Assembly (NCBI GenBank): GCA_964057225.1
Contig: OZ059897.1
Coordinates: 15,748,001-15,812,000 of the forward strand
Direction of reading: 5' to 3'
Length of the DNA stretch: 64,000 nt
Origin: Auanema rhodensis
Taxonomy: Eukaryota; Animalia; Nematoda
The notes under the pieces are model-generated. The model did no database searches, was not told where the DNA came from, and saw only the letters and a program-made list of their open reading frames with translations. The position numbers were made by a program, and so were the translations under genes. Below, in pieces: positions 40,401 to 52,400 of the stretch (its first letter is position 1; each line of letters opens with the position of its first letter).

Positions 40401-43400
40401 ACAGTAGTCAATATTTTTGATTTCAAAGTCAGAGCACATCATCTTTAGATTCAAATCCGGAAAAGCTCATTCATTGTAAATGTCCATAACTGACCATAGA
40501 ATGCTTATACACATCATCCAGTTTCACGTTGAGTTCATCAGAAGCATCGGAATCTGGCCACTTGACATCCTTCTCTCTTTCTCTCTATCTCTCTCTCTTT
40601 TAAACAACTCTTCTCTCTATATCTGATGGATGTACTCATTTACTCTACCTCTCTGCCAATCTCAATCTTTACTATATTTGTCGTATTTCCTTCTCTTTAT
40701 TTCTTTCTCGTCCATTCTCTTGTAGTATATATCCTCATGGGATATGCTCTGGATGGCCAATTGAAACGATGAATCTGCCTTGCAGACAGATTCACGTTGT
40801 AGCTAGACGAATATGAGAAAGGAATGTATGTTTCAAAGCTGTATCCCCTCTGGTCCTGACAACGCTCATTTCACATTTGACCATATTCAGACATTTGATT
40901 TATGTGTAATCTCTGCAATGCACATTCCATGCACACTCTTCTTTTTGTCTTTCACACAATTTACTGCAAAAACAAAAAAAATGTCATAAAAAAGTAATTT
41001 TCAAATAGTTTTCCAATAAAAGAATCAAATTAAAAAAACTTTAAATTAGAAATATACTATATATTCCATTAATTACATTAATATATATTTTTATTCAAAT
41101 AAACAGCCATATATCTGTATATTTCAAAAATAATTTAATAAACATAAACAATAAAATTTATTCTTTTAAACTTTATATAATATTATTTTTCGTTAATTTA
41201 ATTTCATATTCGATAACTATATGATAGATACTTCAACATCTGGTATAAAATTCTTTTGCCTTCTTATCCATACTTGAAACTATTGCTTAGTGCCACATTT
41301 GGATATCATCTGGACGAATTATGCTGACATTTGTTCTGTTTTCTTACGAATATTCTATGAAAATAGACAATATGTATATGATTTCTACAATCTTTTCTAT
41401 ATCTTTGGATAGTTTTTTCTTTTTTTTTCTAATTTTATTCTATGACTTGAATAATATAAGAATAAAAAACTAATAATATATATATTTACAATTTTTATTT
41501 TTTTTTTAAATTATAATTAACTTCATATAAGATCTTAGTATAGCATTTTAATCAACCATCTTACGAGATATGTGTAGTTGTTGGGTGTAATTCTTTTCTG
41601 CTTAGCATCTATGATTTTTCTTTCTCTTGTTTTCTATTTTCTCTGTCAGTTGTTCTATTTTAACTTATTCATTTTTCAATTCATTCTAATCAAATCCATA
41701 TATACTATATACTCTTTATAGTTATATCATACTTTATTTAAATAATACCATATTGAAATTTACGTGTATTTTACGTGAACAGTTCTTACAAAAAGCTTTA
41801 TTGTCATTCGAATTAAAATATTTATGATGAGCGGTCATATACTGGTAATTATTTAACTTCTTCTATTTCTTAATATTAAATCTTATTATATTGTATTTTA
41901 TTTGTTCTATAATTTGTTTATATTTTTATAATTTATTCTTTCAGTACCTCAAAACGAATCTGCAACAACTTTTCAACGGAATTTGCTGATTGTAAAGAGT
42001 AATGTAAGTTAATTTATTTCTTCTTTTTTTTTTGTATATTTACATATTTCTTTTTCCTAATATTGTCATCAAACTGAGATCTTAGATCTCAAATCTACAC
42101 TAGATTTATTGTTTCTGAAGATTCATTTACTCTCTGATCAAATAAGAAAACTACTTCTTTTCTGATTCCATCATTTGAATTTAATTTCGACCAAAAATAC
42201 TTTTTTTGTGACTCCGCTTTGTTTTGAAAAGTTCCAGATGGGCTTAGGCCCTGCGTGCGCTCTCTTGTTCGCAACTATTGAATCTGGGGGCCAATAGAGA
42301 CATTCGTTTTTGATTTTTTTTACTTCATCTTTCATTGCGAATTTCTTTCTTTTTTTTTTAAATTAAACTTCATTAATTTAATTTTTTCTAATTACTTTAT
42401 TTCCTTATATTATTTTATATATTTAAATTTATATTTTATTCTATTTTATTTTCATTTTGTTTTCTTTCATGTCGTTTCTTTTTTAAACAAAAAAAAATGG
42501 TTTAACTCGAACCAAATGTGAATGGCTTCAATGTGAGTATCGGTTTACACACGAAGAACGCATCAGATACAGATATTCCTCATCTATCTGTGATCTAATG
42601 CGGCTCCTTGATCAAAGCATCATTGGCACAACTGATGTGCGTCGGCATCAATTGAGAGATAAGTATTAAAGAACATGTGTCTTTTTCATAATATTCACCT
42701 CAAAAAAAATTTGTAAAGAATAATGATGCTTATCATCATCTGTCACTATATTCGTTAACCACAATTTCTTTGCTGTTTCATACTCACACACAATTTATTA
42801 TCTTTGATGCTTTTTTACTCTCAAATGTTTCTTCTTCTTCTTCTTTTTTTTTGTTAGAAAGTTACATTTTTTGCGGTTAATCAGTGTTTCTATAGAATTA
42901 TGAAACAACTGTTTCGTTCACCATTTCGTTGTAACTATTGTAGAAATATATACATATAGTTACTATATTTTATAAGATATATATTTATATATATATATAT
43001 TAAGATAAATAATATGTAAGTCATCTTATTACTTGTTACAAACGAAATGACACCTTTCATGACTACTTCTCAAATCAACTTTTCTCTCAGTCTCTCTTTA
43101 TGTTTAATGACTTTCTAACAATATTCTTAATAGAGAGTAGAAGTAATAAGAGAAAGAAAGATAATATATAAACATAAAGTAGGAAGAGAGAGAGAAAGAG
43201 AGAGAGAGAGTAGAATATTGTGTGAGAGATGTTCAATTTAGACCACCTGGACTTAAGACAAGCCAGCTGAGGATTGTATCATGTTTGTCGCAGACCAGGT
43301 CACACCTTTTCTAATGTCTTTATTTTCACCAGCCTTCCTTCTGCTTCATCCATACATAATCAACATTATGTGTTGCAACTTAATTTGTTCTTTGTGTATA

Positions 43401-46400
43401 GTTTAAAGAAGATCTTAAACTATGGTTCGTCCTTACTAAGATCTAATTATACGTCATATCTGGTTATGACATAAAACTCACAAGTAGTTTCAATTCTTCA
43501 TTAGCTTTTCTCATAGTCTTCTTGATTTGCTTGTCATATTGCCTGAGGGGGCTTTGACTATGGTTGTGGCTCTGTGAGTATGTTTCTCTTTCTCTGTCCA
43601 TCCTTTGCCATTCCATCTTCCGCTCTATGAGTATGTGTGTGTTAATCGGTCAGCATCCAGCAGATTTATCTTTCTGAACATGACAGGCTCAGATTTCTTT
43701 CTTCTTCATTTTCTTGTTCATATACATCTGTTTTCTTCATTATTTTTCGTTCCAATTCATTATTGGCATCTTGAAATCAGAAAGTTGAAACATGCTAGTT
43801 GCATCTCATTTATCTTTCTTCCAAACAATTTTCTTTCTTTCGTTTTCTGGAATTTCTTGTGCCCATTCTTCACATATTAAAATTTATCCAACATATAAGT
43901 CTTCAACGGCTTTTATTCACATCATCGTACTCTTACGGCCTTTTCAAATACCCAACCTGGTTGTTTGGCTGTTTGTTCGATATCTTTCTGAATTAATCCC
44001 ATTAGTAGCCATCCAAAATTGCCTTGACAATAAATCTTTGAGACTATATAAAAGGCAATCATATTCATCTCATTGATGTGCTTCGTGCCACCCGTGTTTG
44101 CTGTTGAAATATTTTTTTCAAACAGTATCAAATTTAAAATATTTTTATGATGATGCAAAATATTATTTTTATAATCGTTTAATGCCATTAATTACTTGTT
44201 TTGCTTTTTGTAGTGATTTCCCAAATTTTCAACTTTTTGATGTGTACAAGAAAATCAGTACAGCAACCTATTTTACAAACTAATGGCTGCTGTCTGTCTC
44301 CATGCAGACAATGACAGGGCACGTTTTCAAAGCCTCCTGTATGAATCAACATACAATTGTTAAATTCTGTCAGGAAAACCTCATGTTTCATTTCATCTCA
44401 TATCATCATATTGCTTCTGATTCCTCTTATTGTCTCATTTCTTATATAATATTGTCATTATCTATAATGCACCATCACATTACATACACATAAAATGAAT
44501 GATTGAGGCCTCGTTTATGTTTTCAACCTGCTCTATTGCCGGTAGGAATTGAGTTTGACACACAAACGGAAGAAGGCTCGAATGTTCATTTGAAATCTGT
44601 CGTTCATCACACATTTTTGGCTCATCGTCTGTCACCGATCTCATCAATTTTCTCTTTTGTCGCCCTCAAATGCACTCATTTAAGCGGTTTCTGTTTCAGA
44701 TCGAGGGACTGAATCTATGTCTTCAATATCTGCGATCACTTGGTGTCAACTGTTCCAAGGTCACATCTACTGGTTCGTTTTTCACCTTTTGTTTTAACAA
44801 CTTTTGTACTTTATTTATTTTTATTTATATTCATTTTTATACTTTATTTTACTATTTTAATACTATTTTATTATTTCATAATCACAATATTTTTTTTGCA
44901 AAATTTATTTTATTTGGTTTCATTATAATCTATTTCCTATTTTTTGCTTCTGTAACATATGTTTTTTACTTCATTTACTTTTCATTCTCCTTGTTTTTGT
45001 CCTTAAACGGCCATCGACCTCCTCTGTCAGAAGTCTCATCATATCAAGCTGGCCGAATCCAATCTGTTGAGTCGTCCAGATGGTTGTTTTAAGTCTTTTT
45101 CATCAAAGATATAGACATATATCAGTCTTTAATTGACCTTAAGCCACTCATGATTCCTTGCTATGTGTTTTTTTCCTTTTGAAAAGATAAAGTCTCGTCT
45201 TTTCTGCATTATTGCTTTAAAGCTCATGCTTGTTGTCTTTTGCCTTTCTTTACTATCCCTAGGGGCATATCGTTCACATCTTTTGCTTTCTACTTCAAAC
45301 CTCTATTCAAGTTGTATCTATAAGAACTTAGCTTGAGCATTTTCGCCAATTCTTCACTAAAAACCTTATTATAGTAGAACTTTATCTATACTTTTTGTTT
45401 TCTTTATATCAAATATTTATTTATTCCTTTACAACCTGTTTGAGAACTTCCTTGTATATAACTTGGTATTCATTGTATTGGTGCTTCCCTTAAGTTTGAC
45501 CAAATTGAAGGATTTATATTTCTGTTCATATCGAAATTCCAAAACGAGCTTTGCGGTGTTCAATTATCTGAATTGCATACTTAACTATATGCAAATAACT
45601 ATATTCTATCGTCATGCTCTACATTCATTCAAAATGTTTTCCATCCAGTAATTTTTTATTTTTCATCTCTAAATTTCTAACTTTGGCTAGTTTTCAATAT
45701 AATACACTATCTTCAATTATCACTATTTCTCGATCATCAATCAGAATTCTGTCATGCACAGTGTTGTGAACACACTTTTCGTATTTTATCGTTCATCCCT
45801 CAGGGTTAATTATTTACAATATTAATAGTTTATTAGTATCGTTTTTATAATTTCCGTCTTTTATTAGTTTTTTTCCAAATAATATATCATTTTACAAGTT
45901 CTTTTCTGTTAACATACTGTTTCACCTTTATTATCTTGTTGACATATCAACACCTTTTTTTCCTTGTTTATGTATAATTAAGTTTTAATGCTCATAACTT
46001 CAGCGTATCAGCTTATACATTTTGTGTTTTCCTTTTTAGCACTTTCACTACGGAATCATCATTTATGGTTTTGCATTCTGGTTAACCTTTTCTATCGGCG
46101 TTTCATTTACCTATTTTGTAGTAGTGATTAGATCAGTTCTTGAAAATATATTAGAGGATGTTCATTTGATATATTTCCAACACGGAGCAAAAGTGACAAC
46201 CTCTTTCTTACTTTTTTCGTCTTTCTTTTTCATTTTCTTCATCAGATAACCACAAACGACCCTGTCGTCGTAGCCATGGTCGAGATGTGGTGGTCATTAT
46301 ATTGAAAATACATAGAAAATAGAAGATTTTAGTAAAAAAGAAAAAGAACAAGAGAGAAAGAGGAAGATAGAGAGAGAGGTACAGGCAGAATGCAGCGTGA

Positions 46401-49400
46401 AACTGTGTGAAATGGCTTGCATATTCCTTCCTTCCTCCGATTTTCTACATCGTCCTTATCTTTTGATTTTTTCCAAGTTCTCGTTTCCTTCATATGACTC
46501 ATTGAGTATACTATAAGATTTTTAGAGAATTTTATTCGAAAACTTAATTTAAGCTCTTGTAGTTGTTCATTATCATCATCTGATTCTATTTATTTATTAT
46601 TTACTAAGTTTACTCATTTGATTAACAGTCTTTGCGTGGTGTTTTTTCCACATAAAATCTGGTACTAATACAACAGCAAAAGTATGAGTCGTAAAGGTCA
46701 ACATGATCGTCATTCAGTTTTTTTTTTGTTCCCAAGATCATGTTCAACACATTATTTCTTTTCAATTATGGCTTTATTCTCAGATAGTTCCACAAAAAAA
46801 AATTTTTCTTTTGGTTGATTGAAATAACAGATTCTCCTTTACACGTATGTCAGTAGTGTCAATACTAACTATTCTTCTTTATTATTTTTATAAATAACTT
46901 GTATATAAAAATCATAACAAATCACTCAATTGTATTAACCTGATGACATCATCTTAATTATGTAGTCGTTGTTGCGCAGAAGGCATGCCGATGACTTGAA
47001 TTCCGTATATGTCCTTGGCCGGTACCGGCACAGTTTTTCTCTTTCTCATATGTTCTCAATTTCTCTGATATATAGTCTATTTTCATACTATTTCGATTTC
47101 TTTATCGTTTTCCTCATCCTTACCCAGCTGGAATCTGTGTCTGTAATCTCTCAAGATTTACTACTGTTCATTAGAGAGTCTGTCGTTACGGTTCAACTCA
47201 TACAATTGAAGTCTTGATTCTAATGAACGCGGGAATCTGCTGCTTTTACCTCATGTATTACATACTATTCAATCAAATTTATATTTATATTATATAATAA
47301 TAATAACTATTATATTTAACTATATAATAGCTGTCATACAGATTACATATATTATAATGATTATCATATGAACTATCATGCAGTGTGCCTACTAACTGTC
47401 CTAAGCAAGGACATCACTACCTCGTTCGTCTCATTCATGCAGTACATTGTCATCAACGTTCTGTATATTTTTATTCATCTTCTCTGCTTAATTTTGCTAT
47501 TTTCCAGAATCTTTAATCATGTGTATCATATTCATTTCATTACTAATGATTTTTGTTCATTTCGTCCTCTTAATCTTATGTACAAGTTACAATTTGACCC
47601 TTGATAGCTTCTGACTCATCGAACCAGCTAACAAAAAATCTCACTCTTCTCCTTTTTTAACAACAAATTTAGATTTTTTCGAGATAATCTGGTCATCGTT
47701 TCAGTAGAACGATGGTCGAAATTCTTTCCTGCTTTAAACAATTTTGTTGTCGTCCAAATTTTTATATCTTCTTGCAATTCATCCTATTTTTTTGTAACGA
47801 ATTGTATTTTACAAATATTTCTTCCTATATTTTTCAATATTATTCACTTTCTCTTATAGCTAAAGGTTATATAATAAAATTAAAGTTTTATCTACGCTTA
47901 CAAACACTTGTCATGTAGTCAATTTCGTTGTTCAATTTTTCCCTCATCTAGTTATCTGCATGGCCTCTACCTAACTTCTGCCTTTCCGCTTCTCTGTTAT
48001 CAATTTGCCAAATCTCCGATTAAGTTCGTTTTCATTTTCCAATAAGATTCTTTGACAAGCTTGTTAGATGAGAATTTTTTCTATAGTTGCGTTCAAACGA
48101 CAGAAAAAAATTTCTTTTTAATTTCAACTTTTACCTCCTATTACCCAAGAAAATATATTTTTTGATATGATTTGCTTACAATTCTTTATAATCCGTTTGA
48201 ATTATTTAAAAATAATTTTATATTTCAGATCTTGAAGCTGGTAGTCTTGGTGCCGTTTTACAGCTTTTATTCGCCCTGTCCACTTATAAGCAGCAGGCGA
48301 AGGAGCGTAGACGGGACGAAAAGTTAGAAAAGCCACCAGCAAGAAGTCGCGAAGGCGACGTCGGATTTCGGGAGGCATCCGCGATCGTCTTAAAGCCTAG
48401 TACAATGCCGCCCAGTGTAGCTGTATCCAAGTATGTTTCACTTATCATAGTTTACTTCTTAATAAGTCGGGCAGACATATTATATCTCAATATTTGTCTG
48501 TTTTATGTTCTATCATTCAGCATGTCTTTTATTATTTTCCTAGTTTTCTTCATTCTTCTCTTCCTTTTCGTCTTTCATCCAAATTGTAATGAATACTTCA
48601 TTACAATCCGATATCTGGGTGAAGCTCATTTCACAACGGGATGTGCATGGTGCGCGTGAAAACGATAAAGCGTCCGCTATCTTCTTGGGAAGCTTTACTC
48701 ATCCGTTTATAGGGTTTCCAGATTCATCATCGTATTTCATTATCTGAGCCCATTTTTCATTTTATTCTCAGTAATAGTAGTTATCTACTGTTTAACTGTT
48801 TCAAACTCGTTTGAAATTTATCCATACTTTTCATTCAAAATATATATATATTATATATTATATAATATATATTAGTATATCTAACATGAAAAACATAAAG
48901 AAGCCATGGTTTTTATGGTTTCCGATCGTTGTGACTAAGCTTTATCTTTTTGTTTATATCATTATATATTATTCCTTCTTATTATTATTCGTCTCCTCTT
49001 ATCATACTAGCTTTAGCTTCAACTTTCCTATGTATTCTAAGAATTCATGGATAGCAAATGTCCTGCCTTTTCTTGCCGCAATTTTTCTTTCCCAACCTCT
49101 TGCCAGAAGACAGGTCGACCTCATCCGTTGTAAAACGATGACAAGCCTATATATGCTAGAGGATATATTCTGCTTGTCGGCAAGACAGAGCGGCGATTAA
49201 TGGCTTGCGCCCCGAGGGCATGCCACCACAAGAAATGACTCAAGCATTGAAGACAAAACCAGCTAGATAAAATGGATGAATAAGAGGGAATACAAGTCAA
49301 ATAAGCTACTTTATCAAACAAAAGCAGAAATGAGAAATAATCTATAGCTATTTCACCTTTTTCTGATCTTTTGTCTATTTTTCAGTTTTTTCTATTCGGT

Positions 49401-52400
49401 TTTTAGATATGCATGTTTCAATTTAGAATAACTACAAAATTTGTAGTTTGTCTAGCTAACTTTCGTTATAATTCCAGTATTACTTCAGTATTGCGTCGGT
49501 TATAATGCTTTGAGTCATACTTTATTCTATTGAAAGAATAACATAAGAGATAATTAACTTATATCGGCCGCCTACGTGTACACCATCTCTTTCAACATCG
49601 TTGACGTCGTGGTGGTCATCTGAGGTCGACGATGGTCATGAAAATTTCAATTTCAATCGAAGAAGAAGCCATAAAATGGCTGTCTCATTCCCTTCTTCTA
49701 TACTCTCTTTGCCACTACATATCGCTCTGTCTCTATCTCGTTTTCATTGCTTGTAGAGTCGAAAGCGACGAAGACAACCATCGACCTATCATCTGGCGCT
49801 TCGATGAAAACCTCGAAGACAACAAAAAAATTGTCGTTGTTGGTACATCATCCCCTTCAAGCCATCTGAAAGCTGGTCTTCTGACAGCGGTATGAGCCTC
49901 ATCGCATATTCGTCATCTTGTTATCTTGTCTTAGTTCCACAACATCTTTGTGAACATGGTTATATGGATGACATTGCTCATTATAGCTTCATTGCCCAGA
50001 TTCTCTGGTTGCTTGCTATGCTACCTAATCAAACATTTGTCTGCTTTATCATCCTACTCCTACCTATTATGTATATCTACATCTGAATGCCGTTTACACT
50101 CAGTACCTATTTCGATAATCTATGTTCCGAAACGATTGATGTTTAGGAAAACTTGTTTATTATGCTAATTATAGTTTGATTTTTAAACTAAAAAAAAAAC
50201 ATTTTTTTGTGAATGATATGTCTGTCACATCTTCTATTTTATTGTTTTTCTTTTATCGTCATGGTTCAATTTAGTTTATTTCATCGATCTCTTTTCATCT
50301 TTTAAGAAAAAATTAAATCCCCTCTTTTTTATGTTAAAACAACATTTATTTTCAAGTTAATACCCGCTAAATCATGTTTTCTTATCACACACAAAAGGAG
50401 TCACTCAAACTATAAGACGTACACTAGTTCTTTCCACAACGACTTTTCGCACACCTCTTATTTGCAATGCCTTTCATGTATGTTTCATCGATGCTTGTTG
50501 ATTTTTCTCTTTCATTATCAAATTTTTATCAGATTATTTAGACAACTTTCTTTTAAAATACTTGTAACCTTATAATATAGGTAAACTTCGCCTACTTATA
50601 CTCTACTCATCATCCTCGTCTGCCTTACGATTCTTGTTTTTCTCTTCGTTTTTATGTTCAATTATCCTAGTTTAGTTCCATATCTTCTTACTATTCCAGT
50701 CTCTTTTCACATTTCTCATACCTGACTATTTCTCAAATATTTTAACTATTCGACAATTCTCTCATGTGTTGAGATAGAAAAAAAAACATGAGGAATTGTT
50801 TTATGTGAAAAATGTGTGATGAATGGCTATTCATCTTTATTATCTATTCATTTCATATTCCCTCATATCCATATGTTCAAGAATTTTTATTTTTCCAGCT
50901 TTTGCACCTTTCTTTCTTATTTTTTCTTAAAATTTTAATATATTTCAATATTCTTTTAATAATTTTGTTGAAGTTCCACTAATGTCAAATTATTCGGTTA
51001 CTTACTCAACAGTACGCAATCCTCTTTCTTTAACTGTTCTTCTCATAACTGGTCAGTATACGATTATCCAATATGGTAATCATCTCTCTTTTTTCAATCT
51101 TTACTACTTGTCAATACTCTCTTTATTTTTATTTTTGTCTGTCTCTTCATCCATTCTTTTTCTCTAATTCTCTTTATTTATTCCTTTTATTCCATCTCTT
51201 TTTTCCAATCTTTCCAACCAATTATAGTAGATGAGATTTTTTTTTGGTAAATTCAATAATCTGTTTTCATTTCATTCATCTTTTCAATTGGCACTTCTCA
51301 CTTTCTTTTCCCTTTTAATCGAACATTTAACCTTTTTTGGTAGTCGGAACGAGAGTTTGAGAATATTGAAGCTGTGTGATCATCGTTCTGGTTTTTCCCA
51401 ATTCAAAAAAAAGAATGAATAGAATGAACATCATATACAATCGTTCGATGTTTCAAATATATTTATAATATTCTACCTTAGATGTGGTTATATACAAACA
51501 GTATTTTATACTTTTTTTGTCGTTTATCATTTCTACTAGCTTTCTATTTGATATATTGCCTCGAGTACCCAATTTTTCTACTGCATTCCATAATAATTCT
51601 TTTGATATTTGTGACACAAATTCTGCTGTATATATGCGGCTATCCAATCAGCCTGTTTTCATTAGAATTTATATTTTATCTATTATAGTTATATTTAGAT
51701 TTTTTAAACTAAATATCTTTCAGGCTGCCGTCATTGCATCAACCACGGACGCTGCCGTCCATCGGCGGAGCCACAGCAACCGCATCATCTAAGTTGATGG
51801 CTCCATCTCGAATAGCATTACCAAAAAGTTAGTTTTTTTATATTTTATAATATATTTAATATAATTAAACATATTAATATTTTATATAATCTTCTCTCAT
51901 TCATCTTATATTACTATTTGAGTTTTTCCTTTTATCTCTAAATTCTACTATAGATATGATATATAGTATTCATGATTACTTCTGTATTCAATCAATAATA
52001 TGACATCATATTAACCTTTTCTTCTTTAATTCGTCCTCCATATCTCTTCCTTATTCTCCACTTTCTTATTCAATATAGAGATACTGAAGAAGCGATTTAC
52101 CAGCTGATCCAACGGATGAAACTCCTCAATATCTCTGCCATCACTCCTCTCTTAATCTATGTGTCACCTCCTGGCTAATCTGAGCTAGGTGTACAGAATC
52201 TGCAGGTGATGTACATCCTACTCATCCGAGAGCAAATCACGTCATGTCTGTATGTACGTTACACGTAACATGTAACACAAGACAAACGGTTACAACGTGA
52301 AAGTGGTTCATCTGTTACGTCATCTGTTATTTCCTTCTATACTATATAATCTTTCTACAAATGACATATTAGAAGAATTTCCATTTTTGTGGTTCAATGT

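Noticed and set aside
45031-45082. Possible mutually exclusive alternative to unc-53 exon 44700-44772 (same phases)
   Set aside because: Its splice sites are weak and its peptide does not resemble the CH-domain segment it would replace.
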